Source: Treponema sp. (GTDB lineage Bacteria > Spirochaetota > Spirochaetia > Treponematales > Breznakiellaceae). From it: a stretch of 42,229 bases of DNA. The position numbers and the translations under genes are program-made. This document shows positions 27,558 through 36,452 of this stretch, piece after piece. Every line of letters starts with the position of its first letter. Positions within the stretch are counted from its first letter, which is position 1. The stretch covers positions 1 through 42,229 of the forward strand of contig WQXC01000001.1 of the NCBI GenBank assembly GCA_009785045.1, written 5' to 3'. The notes under the pieces were generated by a model, which was not told where the DNA came from, made no database searches, and saw only the letters and a list, made by a program, of their open reading frames with translations.

Positions 27558-28996
27558 TTACAGATAACGCAAGGCTGGACACAACCAGCGCACAGCTGCC
27601 TGCAAACATATTACACTCTCGTTATAACCCGCAGGCTGAAGCTGTACGTTATATTGATTCACTGGAAATAAAAGACAACATTGAATGCTTCATCCTTATC
27701 GAACCGGGGTTTGGCTATTTAATCCCTGCAATTCAAGAAAAATATGCCAATTGCAAAATTGCAGTACTGCATATAAACCAGCAATACGAAAGTTTTAATG
27801 TTCCTACGCTTAACAGTACAGAACCTGCACTTATTCAAAAATTTCTGGAAGAGAATATTCCGGAAGTTAACATTGATCGTATCAGAATAATTGAGTGGCG
27901 CCCGTCGTTAAATTACTACAAGGAAGCATATGTAAAACTGCTTTCGCAGGTTGTAGAATTTCTTAAACGTGCAAACGCCGGAAGAAGAACAACAGCAGCT
28001 TTTGGAGAAAGATGGGTAAGAAACTTTTTTAGAAATCTGGAAAATGTAAACTATAATGTTTTTTTCAAGCAATCATCCATTCCTGTTATTGTTACAGGTT
28101 CAGGTCCAAGTCTGGAAAAAGCAATACCGGTAATAAAAAACGTGCAGGAAACATGTTTTATAATTGCCGCTTCATCGTCGGTTTTGGCACTATCTGCAGC
28201 GGGTATAACTCCTGATATTGTAATTGCAACAGACGGCGGAAACTGGGCATTAAAACACATTTATCCGTTTTTCAGAGACTCTTGCGGCGGAATGTTTGCT
28301 GTTAATCTTTGCGCTGCCCTGCCCTCGCAATGCAAAAACATACCTCAGCTTTTAATAAATGACGGCAGTTTCTGGCAGAGTATTATCCTGCATGAGTTAT
28401 CCCTTCCATCGGTTATTATTCCGCAGAAAGGAACAGTAACAGCCGCCGCAGTTGAGCTTGCCTTTATTTTATCCGGGGATAATATCTACATGGCTGGAAT
28501 GGATTTATCTATAAAAGATATAAGAACCCATGTAAGGCCGTATGGCTTTGACAGCATTTTTTTAAACAAGGCAAACCGCTTAACTCCGTTTTATTCAGAA
28601 AGTTTTACGCGATCTTCTCTGATTCAAAAAGGCGGAAGCATGGACATATACGCATCGTGGTTTAAAACTCAGGAAGCGCTGTGGCCAAAACGGCTGTATT
28701 CAATCTGCGGAAACGGGATTTTTAAGGAAGGCATACCATCAGGAAAAAGCAGTGCAGATAAAAAAGACAGTTATTTTAAAGCAGTAAGTATTAATAAGGA
28801 TTCAAACAATTTTCGCAGAAGAGGTGTATCTGCGCTTTTAAAAGCGATGAAAAACCCGGAATATGCGCACAGTATAAAAAATGAACTTAAATCCCTTTTA
28901 TTTTCCGGTCAGGATAAGATAACAGATTGCGACATTGAAAACGAAATAAAAAAAATCGTTTTTGTTAATCCAAAGGAACAAAACTTTGATAAATAA
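27554..28996 (+). CDS. Maf / DUF115 (MptE-like) family protein, putative flagellin glycosyltransferase; non-canonical start
   Basis: The frame is open from 27539 and encodes LHSRYNPQAEA, IEPGFGY, FGERWVRNF, GSGPSL, TDGG, GTVT and GMDL. The first canonical start (GTG 28142) lies after several conserved motifs. Start coordinate uncertain. Confidence 0.75.
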   Translation: MITDNARLDTTSAQLPANILHSRYNPQAEAVRYIDSLEIKDNIECFILIEPGFGYLIPAIQEKYANCKIAVLHINQQYESFNVPTLNSTEPALIQKFLEENIPEVNIDRIRIIEWRPSLNYYKEAYVKLLSQVVEFLKRANAGRRTTAAFGERWVRNFFRNLENVNYNVFFKQSSIPVIVTGSGPSLEKAIPVIKNVQETCFIIAASSSVLALSAAGITPDIVIATDGGNWALKHIYPFFRDSCGGMFAVNLCAALPSQCKNIPQLLINDGSFWQSIILHELSLPSVIIPQKGTVTAAAVELAFILSGDNIYMAGMDLSIKDIRTHVRPYGFDSIFLNKANRLTPFYSESFTRSSLIQKGGSMDIYASWFKTQEALWPKRLYSICGNGIFKEGIPSGKSSADKKDSYFKAVSINKDSNNFRRRGVSALLKAMKNPEYAHSIKNELKSLLFSGQDKITDCDIENEIKKIVFVNPKEQNFDK

Positions 28997-30605
28997 CGCC
29001 AAACGTTATACATTTCAAAAATCCCGCTGCGGCGAAATGGTTCCGTCTTATATTCTTGCAGATGGAAACGCACAGCCGCTGCATTCAATGATAGATCCAA
29101 AAAAAGAAGCAGAACGCCTTGTATCAATAATAGGCAGCGCGGATTTTGTAATTTTTCTGGGGTTGGGCGGCGGATTTGCCCCGGAAGCAGCGTTGGAAAA
29201 AACAAATGCAAATATTATAGCGGTAGATTTTAACAAAGACGGCATTACAGAACTTTTAACCGGCAGGGATTATTCCAAACTTTTAAATAATGACCGCTTT
29301 AGCCTTCTGGTTGATTATTCCTGTGAAGAATTAAAATCATATATTACAGCAAATTTTAATCCTGTTTTCTGCAGCGGAATAAAAACAATTCCGCTAAGAA
29401 CAAGAATAGAACAGGATGTTTCAAAATTTGAAAAAACGGCAATTGCAATACAGGAAGCCATTGAAACAATAAGCGGCGATTATTCTGTTCAGGCGCACTT
29501 TGGAAAACGCTGGTTTTCAAATATAATTCGCAATATTATTACTGCAGAAAAAAGCGGCAATAATTTCCTCGCGGATAAAAAAACGTTTTCTGCAAATAAA
29601 ATAGCAATTGCGGCGGCAGGACCGTCTTTGGATAAACAAATACCCGCTCTTGCAGAATTTAAAACGCAGGGTGGTTTTATTATCAGTTCCGACACTGCTC
29701 TTGGCGCTCTTTTGTTTAACAACATTCAGCCTGATGCGGTCGTTTCAATCGATTGTCAGCATATTAGTTATTACCACTTTATGGGCAGTAATATAAGAAG
29801 CAGCATGCAGAAGATACCGCTTATTCTGGATATCGCAAGTCCTCCATTGCTTGGCTCCATGACAGATTCACCGGTGTTTTTTTCCGGCGGTCACCCGCTT
29901 ACGCGGTATCTTTACGCTCACTGGAGGCGTTTTCCGCAATTGGATACATCCGGCGGAAATGTTACATACGTTTGCCTTTCTCTAGCGCAGTTTTTAAACG
30001 CGCAGGAAATAACGATTTTTGGAGCGGATTTTTCGTATATTAACTGCAGCGCCTATGCAAGAGGAACATACATTTATCCGTACTTTCATAATAGACAAAA
30101 TCGTTTTAAAACACTGGAAGCTCAAGCGTCTGCTTTTTTGTATCGCAGTCCTTTTTTACCGCCGGAAAACGAACAGAAAGACAAACAAAAGAAAAATTAT
30201 TACGAAACACATTCGCTCCGTTTCTACCGGAAAAGACTTGAAGAAAAAGCGTCAAAAATGACTGCAAAAATTTCCTGCGCGTTAGGTCACGGCGCTCCAA
30301 TCAATCTGATTAAAAATGAGCAGGAACAATTGCCTGCATACGCAGAAACAAATGAACAAATAGACAAATTAAGCGCTGTGGATTTTCTGAATCAATACAA
30401 AAAAGATATAATAGCGCTTCCCGAAATAAATACCATGAGTGCAAAATTAAACGAAAAAGAAAAGCAGATATTAACAACACTGCTTCCATATGCGGCAGCG
30501 GTTAAAAAGCGAAACCCGAAGCTTGGCCTTGAAAGCTTAATCAGCGAAGTAAAACGCCGCGCTATCGGAGAAATTGAATCTGTTTTAAGACAATTTAAAT
30601 TATAA
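28986..30605 (+). CDS. Maf / DUF115 (MptE-like) family protein, paralog 2
   Basis: LHSMIDPKKEAER, GLGGG, FGKRWFSN, AAGPSL, SSDTA, GGNVT and GADFSY. TTG 28986 follows an AAGGA RBS. Confidence 0.82.
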   Translation: MINNAKRYTFQKSRCGEMVPSYILADGNAQPLHSMIDPKKEAERLVSIIGSADFVIFLGLGGGFAPEAALEKTNANIIAVDFNKDGITELLTGRDYSKLLNNDRFSLLVDYSCEELKSYITANFNPVFCSGIKTIPLRTRIEQDVSKFEKTAIAIQEAIETISGDYSVQAHFGKRWFSNIIRNIITAEKSGNNFLADKKTFSANKIAIAAAGPSLDKQIPALAEFKTQGGFIISSDTALGALLFNNIQPDAVVSIDCQHISYYHFMGSNIRSSMQKIPLILDIASPPLLGSMTDSPVFFSGGHPLTRYLYAHWRRFPQLDTSGGNVTYVCLSLAQFLNAQEITIFGADFSYINCSAYARGTYIYPYFHNRQNRFKTLEAQASAFLYRSPFLPPENEQKDKQKKNYYETHSLRFYRKRLEEKASKMTAKISCALGHGAPINLIKNEQEQLPAYAETNEQIDKLSAVDFLNQYKKDIIALPEINTMSAKLNEKEKQILTTLLPYAAAVKKRNPKLGLESLISEVKRRAIGEIESVLRQFKL

Positions 30606-31076
30606 AAGCGGCTTTAGCTGCGCCATAAAATTATTTTCTGCGTTTCTCATCAGGGAAATAGCCCTGGAAAAAACAGGAATAAAGTCTCGTGGATCTTCCA
30701 AAAGCAGTTCCGCAGTAATGGAAGCCACTCTTCTGTCGGAAGAAAGAGCAACTTTTACAACTTTTGACCGTCTGTTGGAATAATTTGCGGCGTTAAGCGC
30801 ATCTTCTGCAGAAATTGAACCCAGGCTAAAACCCATATATATCTGGAAAAATTGAAGATCGTTTTCGTCAATAATAATAAAGTAGCTGTCTCCGGACACT
30901 TTAAACTGAATATCGCCGTCAATGTCTATCGATGGGAAATATCCCTCCTGACGCAGATATTCCATATAAATGCTTTGTAAGTCCGCTCTTGTCCATTCCT
31001 GTTGCGCAGCAGCAGGGAAAACAAACATACCGCCAAGAATAAAAGCTACCAGGATAAATTTACCAAACTTTGACAT
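30600..31076 (-). CDS. Exported protein with a YbjN-like (type III chaperone fold) domain
   Basis: Signal peptide ending AAA; YLRQEGY..IDxDGDIQFK..., ANxxNxxxKVVK pattern; AAGGAG RBS. Confidence 0.65.
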   Translation of the reverse strand: MSKFGKFILVAFILGGMFVFPAAAQQEWTRADLQSIYMEYLRQEGYFPSIDIDGDIQFKVSGDSYFIIIDENDLQFFQIYMGFSLGSISAEDALNAANYSNRRSKVVKVALSSDRRVASITAELLLEDPRDFIPVFSRAISLMRNAENNFMAQLKPLL

Positions 31077-31120
31077 ACACGACTCCTTTAAATTAGCAAT
31101 ATCCCCTTCCCTTGAATATC

Positions 31121-31148
31121 AGTATATCTTCCCCTGTAAATTTGTCAA
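31121..31148 (-). promoter_or_regulatory. Sigma70-type promoter of the YbjN-like gene
   Basis: Minus strand TTGACA(31143-31148)-16 bp-TATACT(31121-31126). Confidence 0.65.
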
Positions 31149-31981
31149 GAGAATGAAAAAGCGGCATAACCCACAAATGAATCGGGGATTTCCCCCTTGT
31201 TTTCGTCTGTTTGAATATCCGCCGAGGTGGCATACTCCAAAAGCCGCGCTTTTCCGGCACCTTCCGCCGCAGCGAACCCCATTGCTCCCAATACCGCGCC
31301 TGCCGAGCACGAAGAGGAGTCCCGCTCGGCGCAGCGCAGGACTTCTTTACTGTCTCCGGATTCTACAGCTTTAATAAAAGCAGCATCATTTACCTCGCGT
31401 ACCCATTTCAGCGCTGCCTTGCCGCTTCCCTGCGGCGAAAAACCGTAATTATAGCCATAATGCGTTAAATCCGCAGAAGCCAGGACATTGATTTTTAGGT
31501 TCATTTTTGCCGCGATTTGCGAAATAACTTTACCGCTTTCAAAAGACTGGATTTCGGCAGGCAGGCGCAGCCATAAAACCTTCGCTTTTGGAAAATAATA
31601 ATGCACCATGGGCAAAAGGACCTCGATAGTATTATCGCGGTAACGGTCTTCCCTGCCGTCAAATTCGCTTATTAAGGCGGAGCGCAGATCTGCATCTATT
31701 GTCATTGCCCCAAAAGGGGTCCTTACGGCGTCTTCCATGGCAAAAAGCGCAGGGGTGCCAGCCGGCAAGTGTCCGCCAAGCACCACAATAGTATCTGCGC
31801 TTTTACGAAGACTTGCAGCGCCAAGAGCGGCTAAACGGCCGCTATAATACCAGCCGGCATGCGGTGAAATTGCAGCGCAGCAAGAGGGGTTTTTCTCTTT
31901 AAATTCCGATAAAAAGGCAGAAACTGAACTTCTGTCACGGGGAAACCAGCCTGCAGGTAACGAATATTCTCTTATTTGCAT
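31145..31981 (-). CDS. amrB: AmmeMemoRadiSam system protein B (MEMO1 family)
   Basis: AGWFP, ISPHAGWYYSG, NTIEV, ASADLTHYG and SFVGYA. Start taken at ATG 31981. Confidence 0.88.
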   Translation of the reverse strand: MQIREYSLPAGWFPRDRSSVSAFLSEFKEKNPSCCAAISPHAGWYYSGRLAALGAASLRKSADTIVVLGGHLPAGTPALFAMEDAVRTPFGAMTIDADLRSALISEFDGREDRYRDNTIEVLLPMVHYYFPKAKVLWLRLPAEIQSFESGKVISQIAAKMNLKINVLASADLTHYGYNYGFSPQGSGKAALKWVREVNDAAFIKAVESGDSKEVLRCAERDSSSCSAGAVLGAMGFAAAEGAGKARLLEYATSADIQTDENKGEIPDSFVGYAAFSFS

Positions 31982-32019
31982 AAAAAATTGTCCGATAATT
32001 ATAACAGAGTAATAATAAT

Positions 32020-33168
32020 ATGGAAATGAAAAAAGATAAAGCATTAAATTTTCCGGTTAGCGGTTCAATAATTGCCGCTATTTGCATTGTTATCTATCTG
32101 ATTGCGCTGGTTCAGGGAGCCGTAAGGCTGTACCTAAGCGTAGATGAACGCAAAATTACTGCAGAACGGGAATTTTCCCATATTGCAGACCTAGCGCTTT
32201 CTGCAGGAATACAGGGCTTTATGGATGACCGTTTTGTTCAAACAATGAACAATGCGCTGGCTTCCAGCAAAAGCATAGAAGCGCTGATAATTACCGGTCC
32301 AGATAATTCTTATGCATTTGAAAAACAAACCGGCCGCGCTATTAGCTGGGTAAATAATACACCAAGATTTATAAACAGATTTTCATATTCAGATCAGAGC
32401 CATTACAGACCATTAGCCATCCCGGATGTACGCAATGCCAATATAAAAGCCGTTGCCGGAGCATTTGACTACGACAAGTTTATAAAGATTCTAAAAGACA
32501 CCCTTTTAATTATAATGACCGGTTTTGCCCTTGCTTTCTTTACAATACTTGTACAGCTACTTATGGGAAAAGGAAGCTCTCAGGAAATGGTATCGGTGAA
32601 CACTCCTGATTCTTCAAGAAGAAGAACAAGAGAATACGCAGAACAGGGAACATCGGCATCAGGACCAAAGGGTTTATACTCAACACGCAGCAATATTGGC
32701 TGGGAAGAATACACAAAAGACCGCCTTAATTCCGAACTGCACCGTTGTGCCTCGACAGAAAAAGATTTAGCGCTGGTTTTACTGGATTTTACAGATATAG
32801 CAGAAGACAGATTATTTAAACAAGCAGCAGAAGAAGCAATTAATTTCTTTACTTCAAAAGATCTTCTTTTTGAATACGGAGATCAGGGAATAACTGTAAT
32901 ACTTCCGGGATCAGGATTCGAAGCTGCAATAGCAAAATCAGAGAAATTTTATCAGCGCATTTTGGACAGATTCTCAAAAAGCTACATGCCTGCGTGCGGT
33001 CTTTGCATAGGACTTTCTTCACGTTCAGGCAGACTGCTTAACGCCGACAGGTTAATACTGGAAGCTGGAGAAGCGCTTAAAAAAGCAAAAGAAGACTCAA
33101 AAACATCCATTATCGCGTTTAAGAGCGACCCGGAAAAATACAGAGCGTTTATTGCATCTCAAAGCTAG
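32020..33168 (+). CDS. Two-TM protein with a degenerate GGDEF domain
   Basis: LNSELHRC...LALVLLD...FEYGDQGITVILP...IGLS...EALKKAK follows the GGDEF layout but lacks GG(D/E)EF. Confidence 0.75.
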   Translation: MEMKKDKALNFPVSGSIIAAICIVIYLIALVQGAVRLYLSVDERKITAEREFSHIADLALSAGIQGFMDDRFVQTMNNALASSKSIEALIITGPDNSYAFEKQTGRAISWVNNTPRFINRFSYSDQSHYRPLAIPDVRNANIKAVAGAFDYDKFIKILKDTLLIIMTGFALAFFTILVQLLMGKGSSQEMVSVNTPDSSRRRTREYAEQGTSASGPKGLYSTRSNIGWEEYTKDRLNSELHRCASTEKDLALVLLDFTDIAEDRLFKQAAEEAINFFTSKDLLFEYGDQGITVILPGSGFEAAIAKSEKFYQRILDRFSKSYMPACGLCIGLSSRSGRLLNADRLILEAGEALKKAKEDSKTSIIAFKSDPEKYRAFIASQS

Positions 33169-34087
33169 AAGCAGTTCTGTAAAGCCTGTTCGCAGACCAT
33201 GCCGGAATTGAATAAATATACTCTTTACCGCTGACATGCGCAAAACACCGCCCATTTTCATCCGGCTCACTGTAACGAATAGTTACGATTCTTCCGTTTC
33301 CAAATTCCAGCACCATATTTATTTGATCAAAGATTGGGTCGGTACGTGAAACAGAATCTTCAAAACTATCGCCTTCCATGTTTAATATTCCGCGGATATA
33401 ACCTTCTATACTGTTACGGCTTGGATTTTCAACATTAATTCCGGAAATTTCCCATCCCCTGTTTCTGCGTGCAAACACTTGAGTTTCATGCGGCATGTTA
33501 ACAGTAAGTTTTTGAATAACATCAATATCCATATTTCCGCTTTCGGTTTCGCTAATAAGACGCAGGTTATACCAGTTATTTACAGCGTTTGTTATATAAG
33601 TTTTTATAGTAATGGAGCCGGAACGAACTTCATTTAAATGCGCTTTACGAAAATATGTTTCGTTTCTGAATACATCATCATATCCAACCAATAGATCAAG
33701 AAGTTTATTATTATCGCTGTAAATTGCTACATTACCTGCTCCCTGTCCTATGCCAAAACGTTCATGGGAAGATGTGCCGGAAGAACGCACCGGCCAGGAT
33801 GACTTTGTTGTAAAAATTGTTAAAAAATCTTCCACCCGCATTTGACGCGCAGGAAATTCAAGACCGTCATGCAAAACAAACCACTGGTTGCTTCTTTTAA
33901 CAAGCTCAAATTCATTCCCTTCTGCATTTACAGTTATTTTATTCGCCCTGGAAGCGCTTCTTGAATCTAACCAGGCATAGGAAGATGTTTCTCCCAATCC
34001 TGCAGAAACAATAATACTTACTGTATATGTTAAAGCCAATACAGCTATCATCGATAAAAGAATAATTAGCCTTTTTTTAAACGTCAT
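33149..34087 (-). CDS. DUF4340-like membrane-anchored protein
   Basis: N-terminal TM, two repeated beta-rich domains, and the usual position after a GldG-like gene. Confidence 0.72.
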   Translation of the reverse strand: MTFKKRLIILLSMIAVLALTYTVSIIVSAGLGETSSYAWLDSRSASRANKITVNAEGNEFELVKRSNQWFVLHDGLEFPARQMRVEDFLTIFTTKSSWPVRSSGTSSHERFGIGQGAGNVAIYSDNNKLLDLLVGYDDVFRNETYFRKAHLNEVRSGSITIKTYITNAVNNWYNLRLISETESGNMDIDVIQKLTVNMPHETQVFARRNRGWEISGINVENPSRNSIEGYIRGILNMEGDSFEDSVSRTDPIFDQINMVLEFGNGRIVTIRYSEPDENGRCFAHVSGKEYIYSIPAWSANRLYRTASSFEMQ

Positions 34088-35705
34088 TGGTGCTCTCCTT
34101 TACAGATTTTGTTTCAGTGTTTCTGGCATGCGCTTTGCGTCTTGATGCTAAAGTAAAACCTGCGATGATCACAATAAGCGGAATAATGACAACATTTACA
34201 ATTTGAATAATTCTCATTACAGCGGTTCTGCTGGATGAATCAGTTATTTTGTCAAAACGGCCAGCCTGCGGCTGCCTGTTCCGAATACCTATTATATCAT
34301 CATCATTTGCAAGCCAGTCTGCAGCGCGTAAAAGGAAATCCAGGTTATGCCTTGCCTGGGTAGCATTAATCATATTGGTGGCAAAATCCACATCACCTAT
34401 TACAATTATCCGCGATTCTCTTGCAAACTCAGGCATATCCGGCAGTTCTTCGTCAGATCCTTCGCGCACAGGTTTAGGAGCGCCCCTAAAAAAGCTTGGG
34501 AAAGTTCCGCTTAATGCAGCGCCAAGAATTTTTACTCCCCTTGTTTCCAATGCCTCCAGTTCCAATAGATAAGGTACTTCGGGACTTGTATAAAGAGCTT
34601 CTGTCATGGACCACCCTTGAGCAGTGCTTGTAAACAATGGAGCTGCTTCTACAGTAGAAACAGGAGCCAATTCAAGCGGACTTGCCCAGTACATATCCAA
34701 TCCTGCAAAGCTTGAGCTAACAGGATGCTTTGGATTGCCATTATCACCCATTACACCAATCCAGAGCGGATAACGCACAATCCGGAATTGAACGCCGCCT
34801 GTGGGCAGTCTTGACTGGAATTGCAAAGTAAGAGCATTGCGATCAAGAGCAAGTTCAGGCCGTATGATTACACCGTAAGAAGCAATCATATCGAGAAGTC
34901 CAAGATCGCGCTGAGTTCTTGCTTCAACAGAACCGTAAATTGTATCGATAAATATTCCCTTTGCTGCGAAAAGTACCTTTCCGCCCTGTTGAATATATCT
35001 ATCGATCCTATAAAGCGCCCATTCATCAATTTCTTCTACGCCGCCAAGCACAAAAAGCGCCGGCATGTTTTCCGGTATTTCATCTCCCGGAGTAAGAAGA
35101 CGTACCCTGTAACCGGCTTCTGCAAGAGTCATTTCCAAATAACTAAAATCTTCTCTCCATTGCCGGAAACTGTCACCAACAATAACTCCCATCCAGCGTT
35201 CGTTATCGGTAACCATGGAACGAATTCTTGATGTCAAATCATATTCAAGCGTATCTGTAGATATCACCCAGGGAAGCACATCCATTTTATCCAGATATTC
35301 AATAACAATGCCGGAATAAACCGTAACAAGACTTGCCTGATCCTGCTCTACAGTTTGTATCTGCCTTGGCTGAAGACCCAGTCTTTCGACCGATGTTAGC
35401 CCGGCTTTAACCGGATCGCGGACTGTAAGGCGGATCTTGCCGCGTGAATATGCGGCATATTCCCTAAGAGTATCTTCTATCTCGCCGGGTTCAGGAATCG
35501 CAGTTTTTAATTTACCGGAAATATAATATGTAATATTAACAGGATCCGGAATTTCCTTATGTAGGTTACGCGAAACTTTGGAAATTGTATACGCTTTATT
35601 TTTTGTAAGATCCAGGCGGAACCATAAACGATTTGTAACCATTAACCCCAGAACAAATACAAGCAGGGTTAAAACTGTTATAATAAATGTTTGTTTTTTT
35701 GTCAT
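34077..35705 (-). CDS. GldG-family ABC auxiliary component
   Basis: RLDLTKNKAYTIS, LEYDLTS, IDRYIQQGGKVL, IVIGDVDF and N- and C-terminal TMs. Confidence 0.85.
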   Translation of the reverse strand: MTKKQTFIITVLTLLVFVLGLMVTNRLWFRLDLTKNKAYTISKVSRNLHKEIPDPVNITYYISGKLKTAIPEPGEIEDTLREYAAYSRGKIRLTVRDPVKAGLTSVERLGLQPRQIQTVEQDQASLVTVYSGIVIEYLDKMDVLPWVISTDTLEYDLTSRIRSMVTDNERWMGVIVGDSFRQWREDFSYLEMTLAEAGYRVRLLTPGDEIPENMPALFVLGGVEEIDEWALYRIDRYIQQGGKVLFAAKGIFIDTIYGSVEARTQRDLGLLDMIASYGVIIRPELALDRNALTLQFQSRLPTGGVQFRIVRYPLWIGVMGDNGNPKHPVSSSFAGLDMYWASPLELAPVSTVEAAPLFTSTAQGWSMTEALYTSPEVPYLLELEALETRGVKILGAALSGTFPSFFRGAPKPVREGSDEELPDMPEFARESRIIVIGDVDFATNMINATQARHNLDFLLRAADWLANDDDIIGIRNRQPQAGRFDKITDSSSRTAVMRIIQIVNVVIIPLIVIIAGFTLASRRKAHARNTETKSVKESTNDV

Positions 35706-35714
35706 GTCTTACCC

Positions 35715-36452
35715 CTATTTCCATTTCCTGAAAAGGATTACCCTGGTATTGATAAACAGGAACAAAGCCGTACTTAAAACAAAGAACGTTAAGTCTCTGG
35801 AATCAATTAAACCTTTGGAAAAACTTTCAAAGTGAAATGCAAGCGAAAAAAAGTTAATGCCTGCAGAAAGCCACTGCGGAAGATTAAACGCAAATGTTAC
35901 CTGATTTATCAGCATTACAACCATTAAAACAACTGCGCTGCCAAGAAAGGCGCCGCCCTGATTCTTAGAAAGGCACGACAGCAGCAAACCCAGCGCTATT
36001 GCGCATGCGCCAAGCAGGAATGCCCCAAGGTATTCGCAGAAAATTGTGCCTGCATCAAAACTTCCCAGACTTAAAAGACTTAACGGCAGCGGTACAGTTA
36101 AAAGAAGTATTAAACATAACATTCCAAGAGCCGAGAAGAACTTTCCAAGAACAAGATCCCATTCGGTAAAAGGCATTGTCAATAATATTTCTATTGTGCC
36201 TGTTTTTCTTTCTTCTGCCCAGCTTTTCATAGTAAGTACAGGAATTATAAAAATATAAACTATCGGAAACACTGCAAAGTACGGACGCAGTGTAGCCTGT
36301 TCCATGGAAAAATAGCGCTGCATATAAAACAGCCATATTGAACAGAAAAGAAGAAAGAAAACAGCCGCGCCGTAGAAAGCGGGAGCGTTTAAGTACTGAT
36401 ACAGTTCCTTGCGTGCCAGCGTAAGGGCGCGATACGGTATTAATTTTTTCAT
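35715..36452 (-). CDS. ABC-2 permease (GldF-like)
   Basis: ARKEL, TMKSWAEERKTGTIEILLT, VLGKF and HFESFSKGLID. Confidence 0.88.
   Translation of the reverse strand: MKKLIPYRALTLARKELYQYLNAPAFYGAAVFFLLFCSIWLFYMQRYFSMEQATLRPYFAVFPIVYIFIIPVLTMKSWAEERKTGTIEILLTMPFTEWDLVLGKFFSALGMLCLILLLTVPLPLSLLSLGSFDAGTIFCEYLGAFLLGACAIALGLLLSCLSKNQGGAFLGSAVVLMVVMLINQVTFAFNLPQWLSAGINFFSLAFHFESFSKGLIDSRDLTFFVLSTALFLFINTRVILFRKWK

Noticed and set aside
28142-28996. ORF-track start at GTG 28142
   Set aside because: It would remove conserved N-terminal Maf motifs that are present in frame upstream.
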